DNA of 25,490 nt, taken from NCBI GenBank assembly GCA_041905745.1, contig JAYRKO010000001.1, positions 1 to 25,490 on the forward strand, given 5' to 3'. Positions 7,429-16,312 of this stretch are shown piece after piece. The translations under genes and the position numbers were made by a program. The notes beneath the pieces were generated by a model. The model was not told the origin of the DNA. It saw only the letters and a list, made by a program, of their open reading frames with translations, and made no database searches. How positions within the stretch are numbered: the stretch's first letter is position 1; every line of letters starts with the position of its first letter. The DNA comes from Tagaea sp. Its GTDB lineage: Bacteria > Pseudomonadota > Alphaproteobacteria > CACIAM-22H2.

Positions 7429-8460
7429 ATGGTCGATCCCCTCTCCGGTGCGCGCGTCCTCCTGACCGGACATACCGGCTTCAAGGGCGCGTGGCTGCTC
7501 GCCTGGCTCGACATGCTGGGCGCGAAGATCTGCGGCGTCTCGCTCGAGCCACCGACCAAACCGGCACTGTTCGAAGCGCTCGACGGCGCCAAGCTGTGCG
7601 AGCGGCACGAGATCCACGACATACGCGACGGCACAGGCCTTGCCGCGATCGTCGCGGCATTCGAGCCGAAACTGGTCGTGCACATGGCGGCGCAGGCGCT
7701 TGTCCTGCCGTCGCTCGACGATCCGGCCGGCACGTTCGCGACGAACGTCGGCGGCACCGCCAACCTTCTCGATGCCTGCCGGCGCACGGGTTCGGTCGAA
7801 CGCGTTCTCGTCGTGACCAGCGACAAGGTCTACGCCAACGAAGGGGAAGGCCGCGCTTTCGTCGAAACGGACCGGCTGGGCGGCCACGATCCCTACTCCG
7901 CCAGCAAGGCCGCCTGCGAGATCGTCGTCGACAGTTTCCGCGCGAGTTACTTCCGCGGTCGCGTGCCGGTGGCCAGCGCACGTGCCGGCAACGTGATCGG
8001 CGGCGGCGACTGGGCCGCGCATCGCGTGATCCCCGATGCGGTGCGCGCGCTCGATGCGGGAAGACCGCTCGTGCTGCGCCGGCCGAATGCCGTACGGCCG
8101 TGGCAGCACGTCCTCGATCCGCTGGCAGGCTATCTCGAAATCCTGCGCCGGGGTGCCGACGGTCCATTCAATTTCGGACCCGACGCAACCGACCGGCGCA
8201 CGGTCGCCGAACTCGTCGACGCGTTCGGCCGCCATTTCGGCGGGCGGCCGGGCTGGACGCTTGCGAACGTCGAAATTCCGCCCGAAGCGCCTTACCTGAC
8301 CTTGTCGGCCGCGCATGCGCGCGCGCAGCTCGACTGGCAGCCAAAGCTCGGTTTTGCAGCAGCCGTCGAATGGACCGCGAAATGGCACGCCGCCCGGGTT
8401 GCCGGGGAAGACATGGCGCGCTTCACGCGCCGTCAGATCGAGGCCTACGTCAGGCTTTAG
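7429..8460 (+). CDS. rfbG: CDP-glucose 4,6-dehydratase
   Basis: LTGHTGFKGAWL, HMAAQALV, TSDKVY, DPYSASK, RAGNVIGGGDW and RPWQHVLDPL are all RfbG-specific motifs. Confidence 0.92.
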   Translation: MVDPLSGARVLLTGHTGFKGAWLLAWLDMLGAKICGVSLEPPTKPALFEALDGAKLCERHEIHDIRDGTGLAAIVAAFEPKLVVHMAAQALVLPSLDDPAGTFATNVGGTANLLDACRRTGSVERVLVVTSDKVYANEGEGRAFVETDRLGGHDPYSASKAACEIVVDSFRASYFRGRVPVASARAGNVIGGGDWAAHRVIPDAVRALDAGRPLVLRRPNAVRPWQHVLDPLAGYLEILRRGADGPFNFGPDATDRRTVAELVDAFGRHFGGRPGWTLANVEIPPEAPYLTLSAAHARAQLDWQPKLGFAAAVEWTAKWHAARVAGEDMARFTRRQIEAYVRL

Positions 8461-9442
8461 CCGCGTGGCGCACGCTGTGCCACGCCCACGCATCGGCGAC
8501 GATCGTTTCGAGCGCCGGCTTCGCCGGCTGCCAGCCGAGTTCGCGCATTGCGGCCTGCGGATCGGCGACCAGCGCCGGGCTGTCGCCGGCGCGGCGCGGG
8601 CCATAGGCATGCGGCACCGCCTTGCCGGCGACGCGCGCGACCGTCGCCACGACCTGGCGGACGGAATAGCCGCTGCCCGTCCCCAGATTGAACGCACGCG
8701 CGATACCGCCGTCGAGCGCACGACGGATACCGAGGACATGCGCCGCGCCCAGGTCTTCGACATGGACATAGTCGCGCACCGCCGTTCCGTCCGCGGTCGG
8801 ATAGTCGTCGCCAAAGACGGTAAGCGGGGGGCGCATGCCCATCGCCGCCTGGCAGGCGATCGGAATCAGATGGCTCTCCGGCGTATGGTCTTCGCCGATC
8901 CCCTCGCGCCACGCGGCACCGGACGCGTTGAAATATCGGAATGCGACGAACGACAGACCGTTCGCGCGCGCCTCCGCCGCAAGGACCTGTTCGACGGCAA
9001 GCTTAGTCTCGCCGTATGGGTTCGTCGGCCGCTTCGGATGGTCTTCGGCCATCGGCACCCGTTCGGGCTCGCCGTAGACCGCCGCAGTCGACGAGAAGAC
9101 GAACGCGCGCACGCCGGCAGCGCGCAGACAGTCGAGAAGCACCAGCGTGCCGGCGACGTTGTTTTGCCAGAAGCGGACCGGTTCGCGCACCGAAAGCCCG
9201 ACTTCGATCGATCCCGCGAGATGCACGCAAGCCGAGATGCGATAGCGCGCGCAGGCCGCGTCGAGCGCACCGGCATCGTCGATTGCCCCCTCCACCAGCG
9301 GCCCCCACCGCACGAAATCGCGGTGGCCTGCGCTGAGGTTGTCGTAGGCGACCGGCAGCAGGCCCGCGCCCGCAAGCGCGCGGCACACATGCGCGCCGAC
9401 ATATCCGGCACCGCCGGTGACGAGAACTGAAGTCTGGCTCAC
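8450..9442 (-). CDS. galE: UDP-glucose 4-epimerase
   Basis: TGGAGYVGAH, FSSTAAVYG, NPYGETK, RYFNASGA, GEDH.PESHLIP and DGTAVRDYVHVEDL. GTG start at 9442 overlaps the upstream TGA (GTGA). Confidence 0.93.
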   Translation of the reverse strand: MSQTSVLVTGGAGYVGAHVCRALAGAGLLPVAYDNLSAGHRDFVRWGPLVEGAIDDAGALDAACARYRISACVHLAGSIEVGLSVREPVRFWQNNVAGTLVLLDCLRAAGVRAFVFSSTAAVYGEPERVPMAEDHPKRPTNPYGETKLAVEQVLAAEARANGLSFVAFRYFNASGAAWREGIGEDHTPESHLIPIACQAAMGMRPPLTVFGDDYPTADGTAVRDYVHVEDLGAAHVLGIRRALDGGIARAFNLGTGSGYSVRQVVATVARVAGKAVPHAYGPRRAGDSPALVADPQAAMRELGWQPAKPALETIVADAWAWHSVRHAAKA

Positions 9443-11073
9443 CGTTCGGATACCCGCTTGAAGGCCCATTTGACCGAAATGCCGCCGTCGCCGGCCGTGC
9501 CGGCGGCGACGATCTGCTCGCTGCGCCGCGCCGTTCCGCGGATTGCGAAGGAAACGCTCTCACCCAATTCAAGCGTCGCACCCGCCGCCTGCATGCGCCA
9601 GGCCTGCCCGCCGTGCGTGCGCAGCAGGGCCGCAGCGCCATTCTGGACGATCGACGCCTGGACATCGGGCGCGAGATGAAAGCGCACCGCAAAGCGCGCG
9701 CTTGCGGCAACCTGCGCGCCGGGTGCAGGGACGAGCGAATCTTCGCCGCGCACGTCGAGCCCGTCGCGCGCCACGAAAAGGCGGCGCCGGTGCAGGAAGC
9801 CGAAATCCCGCACGTAGCCGTCGTGCTCCATCTCCAGCCAGACGTTTCCGTCGACTTCGTCGCGGTGGCCCTTGACGTGCGGCACGCGACGGAGAAGTCC
9901 GCCGGGGATCGGCTCGCTCGAGCCGGTATCTTCGAGCGTCAGAGTCGAATGCGCGGGCGTGGCGCGCAAGGCAAGCGACCAGTCCGAGCTGTCGCGCGGG
10001 CCCGCGCCGCAGTTGACGACGATGCGCTCGCGTCCGCACGACATCTCGAAGGCGAGCGCGCCGGCATGCGCGTTCGCATCGAAGCCCGGCGCCGGCGGAA
10101 GGCCGCAATCGGCGATCACCAGCAGGCGGTCGACCGACACGCGTTCGAAGCCGGCCGCGCGCGCGCTTGCGGGCGCCGGTTCGGCCGTGGCCGCGCGTGC
10201 AAGGATCGCGTCGATCCGGCGCGGATCTTCGGCATTGGTATTCTCGAAAAGTGCCAGACCGCCGTCGCCGTGGCGGAAAAAGCGGACGGCGGGCGCAAGC
10301 GCGTCGATCGCGAAAATGAGATCGGCGGGTGCTGCGACCTCGCAGCTTTCGAGGGCGGCGCGCGCGGACACGAGCAAGGATAGCGCTTCGAGCTGGGCCC
10401 CGCCGCCGCGCGCGGCGTGGAAGCCGTCGTCGAGCAGCTGGCGGCGCGCTTCGGCACCCAGCCGTTGCGCCGTTGCCGCCAGACCGCGCACCGACACGAT
10501 GCCGCAGGCCTGCGCGTAGACGAGCCCGCGCAATGCGGCCAGACGCTCGATCCCGCGCGGCGCCGAAAGGGCGGCGCGGGCGAGGTGGCGCGCCTGACGC
10601 GCTGCGGAAGCAAGGAACATGGGGCCGAGCCTGTCGCCTTCGCCGCGCGACAGGAACGGCGCATGCGCGAGCCATGCTGCAAGCCGGCGACCGGTCGGCG
10701 CCGGATCCCAGGTTCCGCGGCGCCATCCGGGATTGGCGAGGATCCAGTCTTCGACCAGCGCGCGCGCGCGCGTCTGCGCCGCCTCGGTCCCGCATGCGGC
10801 GAGGTCGTCGAGCCATTCGAAAGCGTTGAGCTCTTCGAAGGCGGCTTCGGAAAGGTCGGCCGCGAACCAATCGGGGCGTTCCGCGGGCAGGCTACGCCCC
10901 GCGCAGACCAGCTTGCCGCCCACGGCCGCCTCGCCGCGCGCGACGGAGCCCGCGAGCGGACCCGGCGCGAGGCGCGCAAGGCGCGCCGGCGTGCGGCCGC
11001 TCAGCAGAAATCCGTAGAACGGCGTCGAACGCCAGAAATCCGACCACCGCGAGCGGCGCTTGCGCGCGACCAT
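9439..11073 (-). CDS. Heparinase II/III-family (alginate/heparin lyase-like) protein
   Basis: HGDGGLALF, AHAGALAFEMSCGRERIVVNCG, RATPAHSTL, HDGY..DFG..HRRRL and FAVRFHL match the conserved alphaproteobacterial heparinase II/III-like family. Confidence 0.85.
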   Translation of the reverse strand: MVARKRRSRWSDFWRSTPFYGFLLSGRTPARLARLAPGPLAGSVARGEAAVGGKLVCAGRSLPAERPDWFAADLSEAAFEELNAFEWLDDLAACGTEAAQTRARALVEDWILANPGWRRGTWDPAPTGRRLAAWLAHAPFLSRGEGDRLGPMFLASAARQARHLARAALSAPRGIERLAALRGLVYAQACGIVSVRGLAATAQRLGAEARRQLLDDGFHAARGGGAQLEALSLLVSARAALESCEVAAPADLIFAIDALAPAVRFFRHGDGGLALFENTNAEDPRRIDAILARAATAEPAPASARAAGFERVSVDRLLVIADCGLPPAPGFDANAHAGALAFEMSCGRERIVVNCGAGPRDSSDWSLALRATPAHSTLTLEDTGSSEPIPGGLLRRVPHVKGHRDEVDGNVWLEMEHDGYVRDFGFLHRRRLFVARDGLDVRGEDSLVPAPGAQVAASARFAVRFHLAPDVQASIVQNGAAALLRTHGGQAWRMQAAGATLELGESVSFAIRGTARRSEQIVAAGTAGDGGISVKWAFKRVSER

Positions 11074-11076
11074 CGG

Positions 11077-11751
11077 CTAGACCTCGCGCAACGCGCGCAG
11101 GTTCGATTCGTAGCGCGCCCGCCCGCCCGCGAATGCCGCCGTTCCGGCGACGAGAACGTCGGCACCCGCCGCGCGCACACGCCGCGCGGTTTCGGGATTG
11201 ATGCCGCCGTCGACCTCAAGATCGATGCGTCGGTTGCTGCCCGCGCAAAGCCGGTCGATGCGCGTGCGCAGGGCCGCGATCTTGTCGAGCGCGCCCGGAA
11301 TGAACCCCTGCCCGCCGAAACCTGGATTGACCGACATCACGAGAACGAGATCGAGGTCGGACAGCAGCGGATACACGGCTTCGACCGGCGTACCCGGATT
11401 GATGGCAAGCCCGGCCCGCTTGCCGAGGCCGCGCACGAGCTGCAGCGTGCGGTGGACGTGCGGGCCCGCTTCCGGATGGACGGTGATGATGTCGGCCCCC
11501 GCCTCGGCGAAAGCGGCGACGTAGGGATCGACTGGCGAGATCATCAGGTGCACGTCGAAAGGCTTTTCGGTGTGCGCGCGCAGCGCCTTCACGACCGCCG
11601 GCCCGATCGTCAGATTCGGCACGAAATGACCGTCCATCACATCGACATGGATATAGTCGGCGCCTGCAGCCGAGATCGCCCGGATCTCGTTCCCGAGATC
11701 GGCGAAATCGGCCGCAAGGATGGATGGTGAAAGTCGGAGAGGCTGCAGCAA
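11077..11751 (-). CDS. rpe: Ribulose-phosphate 3-epimerase (start uncertain; TTG 11751 chosen)
   Basis: SPSILAADF, IHVDVMDGHFVPNLTIG, DVHLMI, TVHPEA, VMSVNPGFGGQ, EVDGGI and DVLVAGTA. Confidence 0.96.
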   Translation of the reverse strand: MLQPLRLSPSILAADFADLGNEIRAISAAGADYIHVDVMDGHFVPNLTIGPAVVKALRAHTEKPFDVHLMISPVDPYVAAFAEAGADIITVHPEAGPHVHRTLQLVRGLGKRAGLAINPGTPVEAVYPLLSDLDLVLVMSVNPGFGGQGFIPGALDKIAALRTRIDRLCAGSNRRIDLEVDGGINPETARRVRAAGADVLVAGTAAFAGGRARYESNLRALREV

Positions 11752-11872
11752 TTCGAGAGGTTCCGGCAGGTCCGCGGGTCTTCGGGGTCCATATAGCAGG
11801 TCGGTTCCGGCGGATGAATGCCCGTAGCGCCGCAGGCACGGCATTTATCAGATGGCTTTCCCGCAGGCCGCC

Positions 11873-11880
11873 GCTATAAT
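11873..11880 (+). promoter_or_regulatory. Putative -10 element of lptD
   Basis: GCTATAAT (perfect TATAAT) in the AT-rich divergent gap, about 65 nt before the lptD ATG. No convincing -35. Confidence 0.35.
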
Positions 11881-11946
11881 GCACCGCTTCTTCGTCTAAG
11901 TACCTATAAATCCTAGAGAAATTCGAACTTTCTGCCGCCCGGACCG

Positions 11947-14139
11947 ATGCCGAGATTGCCGATCAACGGGATAGTTTGCGCTGCGCTGGGCATCGCCGCG
12001 ATCGTGCTCGCGGCAGGTGCGGGCGCGCCTGCCCGTGCGCAGCCCCGAGTCGACTTGCCGTCGGTGATTTCGGCCGACGAGGTGACATCCGATGAGGATC
12101 TCGGCGTCGTCACCGCGAACGGCAATGTCGAGGTGACGCAGGGCGAGCGTCTGCTGAAGGCCGATACGCTTTCCTACAATCGCCGGACCGGCGTGATCAA
12201 CGCCTCCGGCAACGTTTCGCTCGTCGATGAAAACGGCGAGGTCGTGTTCGCCGACTTCCTCGAACTCTCCGGCAATTTCCGCGACGGCGCCGCGCAGAAT
12301 TTCCGCGCGCTGATGGCCGACCAGTCGCGATTCGCCGCCGTCACCGCCCGACGCTCGGACGGCACGCGCATGGTCATGCGGCGCGCGACCTATAGCCCCT
12401 GCCAGCCCTGCAACGAAGATCCCACGCGCGCACCGATCTGGCAGATCCGCGCGGAGCGGATCACGCACGACCAGAAGGAAAAAGAGGTCAGCTACAAGAA
12501 CGCGTGGCTCGAACTCGGCGGGGTCCCGGTCGCCTATACGCCCTACATGGCGCATCCGGACGGCACGGAGAAGCGCAAATCGGGTCTTCTGATCCCCGAT
12601 TTCGCGTCGTCTTCGCAGGTCGGCACGATGGTCGGCGTGCCCTACTACTGGGTGATCGGCCCGTCCGCCGACGCGACGATCACACCGATCGTCCTGTCGA
12701 ACGACCTTCCGATGCTGGCCGGCGAATATCGCGAGCGCGCCCGCACCGGCCAGGTCGAGTATCGCGGGGCGTTCATGAAGACACGCCGCGAAGGCGAGGG
12801 TTTCGGGGACAACCGCGGCTATGTCAGCGGTCGCGGCCGGTTTGACATTGACGACGACTGGCGCTGGGGCTTCGACGGCTCGCGCGCCACCGACAAGACC
12901 TTCATCGACCGCTACCGCCTGCGCCAGCGCTTTGCGTTCCTCGACCAGAACGTGCTCGAAAGCCGGCTCTATACCGAAGGCTTCCGCGATCGCGGCTACG
13001 CGGCGCTCAATGCGTTCAGCTACCAAGGCCTGCGGCCCGAGGACAGCACGTCGACCGCACCGCTCGTCCTTCCGGCGGCGGAGTACAGCTGGTTCGGCGA
13101 GCCGGGTACGACCGGCGGTCGCTTCGGTTTCGAAGCGAATTCGGCATCGATCTACCGCAGCCAGGGCCTGCGCGCGCAGCGCGGTTCGATGGTCGCGAGC
13201 TGGATGCTGCCCTATACGACCAATAGCGGCGAGGTCTACACGCTCGGCGCTTCCCTGCAGGGCGACCTGTTCCACACGACCCGGATCGGCTCGACGACGC
13301 GCGAGTTCCGTCCGGAACAGGACGGCGTCAACACCCGAATCCTGCCCGAAATCACGCTGGGCTGGCGCTATCCGCTCGTACGCTCGGTGCCGGGCGGACG
13401 CATGCTCGTCGAGCCCGTTGCGGCCGTCTATGCGGCGCCGAGCCTCGGCAACCAGGCCTATCTGCCCAACGAAGACAGCCTCGGCTTCACGTTCGACGAT
13501 ACGAACCTGTTCCGGGCGAACCGCTTTGCGGGTTACGACCGCCTCGAAAGCGGCGTGCGGACTGTCTACGGCGCCAACACGCAGTACACGAACGTCTACG
13601 GTCAGCGCTATTCGGTCTTCCTCGGCCAGCAGTTCCGGTCGCGCGAGGAAACGGCTGCGGCTGCGGGATCGGGCATCGATACGCGCTTCTCCGACTTCGT
13701 GGGTCGTATCCAGGCGATCCCCCACTCGTGGGTAACCGCGACCTACCGTTTCCAGGTCGACAGTGCCAACCGCGAGCTACTTCGGTCCGTCAGCTCGCTT
13801 TCCCTCGGTCCCGTGCCACTGCGCTATTCGCTGTCGCACGTGCGCATCGATCGCGCGCTGCAGCCCACGGCACAGGCTTCGATCAACCAGCTTGGCCATT
13901 CCCTTACGGCGGTAATTTCGGAGAACTGGCGCGTGCAGAGCCGCGTCATCCAGCAGCTCGGCGCGGATGCGGGCATCCTCGTAGCCGGCGCCACGTTGTT
14001 TTACGAGGACGACTGCTTCGTATGGGGGCTCGACCTGACGCGGCGGAACATCGGGCGGGCGGAAATTCCGCCCGATACCGCGCTGCTGTTCCGCATCGCG
14101 CTGCGCAATCTGGGCGAAATTTCCCTGCGCGGATATTGA
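11947..14139 (+). CDS. lptD: LPS-assembly outer-membrane translocon LptD (OstA)
   Basis: Signal peptide ending ARA. OstA-like beta-jellyroll (ISADEV...ANGNVEVTQGERLLKADTLSYN), YSPCQPC, PIWQIRA, PY..HPD...KRKSGLLIP, LPNEDS, DTNLF...RFAGYDRLESG and YEDDCF. Confidence 0.95.
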   Translation: MPRLPINGIVCAALGIAAIVLAAGAGAPARAQPRVDLPSVISADEVTSDEDLGVVTANGNVEVTQGERLLKADTLSYNRRTGVINASGNVSLVDENGEVVFADFLELSGNFRDGAAQNFRALMADQSRFAAVTARRSDGTRMVMRRATYSPCQPCNEDPTRAPIWQIRAERITHDQKEKEVSYKNAWLELGGVPVAYTPYMAHPDGTEKRKSGLLIPDFASSSQVGTMVGVPYYWVIGPSADATITPIVLSNDLPMLAGEYRERARTGQVEYRGAFMKTRREGEGFGDNRGYVSGRGRFDIDDDWRWGFDGSRATDKTFIDRYRLRQRFAFLDQNVLESRLYTEGFRDRGYAALNAFSYQGLRPEDSTSTAPLVLPAAEYSWFGEPGTTGGRFGFEANSASIYRSQGLRAQRGSMVASWMLPYTTNSGEVYTLGASLQGDLFHTTRIGSTTREFRPEQDGVNTRILPEITLGWRYPLVRSVPGGRMLVEPVAAVYAAPSLGNQAYLPNEDSLGFTFDDTNLFRANRFAGYDRLESGVRTVYGANTQYTNVYGQRYSVFLGQQFRSREETAAAAGSGIDTRFSDFVGRIQAIPHSWVTATYRFQVDSANRELLRSVSSLSLGPVPLRYSLSHVRIDRALQPTAQASINQLGHSLTAVISENWRVQSRVIQQLGADAGILVAGATLFYEDDCFVWGLDLTRRNIGRAEIPPDTALLFRIALRNLGEISLRGY

Positions 14140-14143
14140 CCGG

Positions 14144-14659
14144 TCAACCGCCGGTCGACGGACGCGCGAGCGCCTGCGCGAGCTGGTTTCGGATATCGTC
14201 GGCGATCAGCGCCAGAACGCGACTGCGCGCATCATCGAGGCTGGTGCGCGTCGCGTATTCCGAGACGGTGATTTCGTAGTCCGTCGTGAAGGTGCTTGCA
14301 CCCGACGCGATCCGGCGGCCCTGTCGGTCGATCAGGTCGAAGCTCGCCACCGCGGCGTAGCTGCTGCGGCTGATCACGTCGTCGCGGCGCAGCGCGATGG
14401 TCTGGCGGGGCTCCTGAAGCCTGATCGTCAGCGTATACTGCTGGGCCACTGCGGCGGCCCCGCGCGGCGTCAAGCTGTCGAGCAGCGCGTTGCGCAGGAT
14501 CTGACCCGATCGATCGGGGATCGGCGCGATCCGGATTGCGGCCAACTCGTCGGGGACCGAACTGCCCGGCTGTCGACCGAGCAAAGGCTGGAATCCGCAT
14601 CCGGCGAGCAGCGTCGCACAGAAGAACATCGCGGCAAGACGGCGTTGGAAACTGGACAA
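14144..14659 (-). CDS. lptE: LPS-assembly lipoprotein LptE
   Basis: TTG start at 14659 preceded by an AGGAG SD overlapping the upstream TAG. Lipobox LAGC, then GFQPL and IAPIPDRSGQILRNAL, typical of alphaproteobacterial LptE; about 171 aa. Confidence 0.85.
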   Translation of the reverse strand: MSSFQRRLAAMFFCATLLAGCGFQPLLGRQPGSSVPDELAAIRIAPIPDRSGQILRNALLDSLTPRGAAAVAQQYTLTIRLQEPRQTIALRRDDVISRSSYAAVASFDLIDRQGRRIASGASTFTTDYEITVSEYATRTSLDDARSRVLALIADDIRNQLAQALARPSTGG

Positions 14660-14670
14660 TTCCTGCACTC

Positions 14671-15546
14671 CTAGATGCGACCGATTTCGGCCTGCATTCC
14701 GGCATCGGGGGCGCGCGACGTGGCGCCCAACCGATGCAGCGCGAAGAATAGCCGATTGAATGCCGCGTCGGGAAGGACCGCGGTCGCGAAGAGCAATATC
14801 CAGACGAGCGCGAGGGGATGGGTCGACGGACGACTGCGCCATTTCCGCCAAAGTTCGAGAAGCGCACCGACGGAATAGATGTCCGCATGCTTGGCGCGGA
14901 TGCGTCGCCACAGCGTCGCGTGGCGGCGCTGCGATACGCTCTGAAGCATTCCGGTCGACTGGCGGCGATAGCGGAACAGCGGTGATTCGACCTGAACGCC
15001 GCGAAAGCCAAGCTTGGAAATGCGGATGTTGAACTCCCAGTCCTCGTATCCTTCGCGCATCGCTTCGTCGTATCCGCCCGACTCCGCCCAGACGGACCGC
15101 CGCATCAGCAGGCAATAGGGCAGCTGGTTCGTGGCGAGCTGCTCGAATAAATTCCACGTCTTGCACACGATGCCGTGCTCGTCGCCGAAAACTTCGATCT
15201 GTGCGTAGGCGTAACCGGCCTCGGAATCCGCATCGAGCGCGGCGACCGTCCGGGCGAGCATGTCCGGCTTGATTTCGTCGTCTGCATCGAGCGGCAGGAC
15301 GAATGTGCCCGTCGCGGCCGCGAAGCCTGCATTGCGCGCCGACGACAGGCCGCCGTTCGATTTGCGAACCAGCTTCACGTCGCCACCGACCACCGCAAGG
15401 AAGGAGATCGTCGACGGATCGGTCGAACCGTCGTCGACGATGATGATCTCGTAGTCGCGAAAATTCTGCGCCCGCACGCTCGCGAGAACCTCGGCGAGGT
15501 ACCGGTGCGCGTTGTAGCAGGGAATGACGACGCTAACCTTGGGCAT
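14671..15546 (-). CDS. GT2 glycosyltransferase
   Basis: MPKVSVVIPCYN, IVDDGSTD, NGGLSSARNAG, PLDADD, GGYDE and YEDWEF; amphipathic C-terminal tail. Confidence 0.92.
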   Translation of the reverse strand: MPKVSVVIPCYNAHRYLAEVLASVRAQNFRDYEIIIVDDGSTDPSTISFLAVVGGDVKLVRKSNGGLSSARNAGFAAATGTFVLPLDADDEIKPDMLARTVAALDADSEAGYAYAQIEVFGDEHGIVCKTWNLFEQLATNQLPYCLLMRRSVWAESGGYDEAMREGYEDWEFNIRISKLGFRGVQVESPLFRYRRQSTGMLQSVSQRRHATLWRRIRAKHADIYSVGALLELWRKWRSRPSTHPLALVWILLFATAVLPDAAFNRLFFALHRLGATSRAPDAGMQAEIGRI

Positions 15547-16312
15547 CGCCAACCTGTGCCGCGGGTCCGCATTGGGCCCAGATTTCACCCCAGAGGGTTA
15601 CGCGCTCGAGCACGACGAGGCCGGCTTGCGCCATCTCGGAAGCAAATTCCGCCAGCGTGTGCTCGATGAAATGCTCGGGATCCGACATCCAGCCAGCCCC
15701 GACTTCGCGCCGCATGGCCATCTTCCAGTCCCGCTCGAAGAGCGGCACGCGGATCAGGATCGTCTGCGGACGGGCGGTCGCGATCAAGGCCCGGAGGAAG
15801 GTGACGCGCGCCTCGATATGCTCGAGGACGTTGGAAAGCACCACGACGTTCCACGGTCCGGCAGGCAGGGAAACCGTGGCGTCGGCGCGGGCAAAGGACA
15901 GGTTGGAGGGATTGTCGGCGGCTTTCGCCGCCGAAAGCCGGCTTTCGTCGAGCTCGATGCCCAGAACCATGGCCGACGGGCGCGCGCGCGCGATGGTCCG
16001 CGCAACGGCGCCGTAACCGCAGCCGACATCCAGCACCTTCGCGCCATCTGCAATCCGTTCGACGAAGAAATCGTGATAGCGCGTGAGGCGGTGTTTGGGA
16101 TGCTCGCCCCGCCCGAGCGCCGTCGCACGCTCGTTGATGGCAAGATCGAGCGCATCCTCGATCGCGAAAAGGTTGCGCAGACCGGCCTGCGCTCCGCCCG
16201 CACGGCCCTCCAGAACGAACAGGCCGAGCGCCACGGCACGACGCAGTCGCACGGGCAGCAGGCCCCACACCGCGGCAATGACGTCCGCCAGTCCGAGCAA
16301 GAATGCTTTCAT
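15533..16312 (-). CDS. Class I SAM-dependent methyltransferase
   Basis: VLDVGCGYG, VLGIE, VVVLSNVLEHI and ILIRVP. ATG at 16312 overlaps the upstream TGA (ATGA). Confidence 0.88.
   Translation of the reverse strand: MKAFLLGLADVIAAVWGLLPVRLRRAVALGLFVLEGRAGGAQAGLRNLFAIEDALDLAINERATALGRGEHPKHRLTRYHDFFVERIADGAKVLDVGCGYGAVARTIARARPSAMVLGIELDESRLSAAKAADNPSNLSFARADATVSLPAGPWNVVVLSNVLEHIEARVTFLRALIATARPQTILIRVPLFERDWKMAMRREVGAGWMSDPEHFIEHTLAEFASEMAQAGLVVLERVTLWGEIWAQCGPAAQVGDAQG

Noticed and set aside
7186-8814. 542-aa minus-strand ORF and other Arg/Ala/Pro-rich ORFs across the window
   Set aside because: Alternative frames of rsmB/rfbG/galE with composition typical of off-frame GC-rich translation.
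11925-11951. GAACTT sigmaE-like -35 upstream of lptD
   Set aside because: No TCTGA/TCAAA-type -10 at the right spacing; that position is the start codon.
11896-13725. 609-aa minus-strand ORF
   Set aside because: Antisense shadow of lptD with no recognisable domain.
14136-14147. Perfect palindrome TTGACCGGTCAA at the lptD/lptE junction (similarly CTGACG-CGC-CGTCAG at 3495-3509)
   Set aside because: Largely produced by two facing TGA stop codons. Too short for a terminator and not supported as a binding or recombination site.
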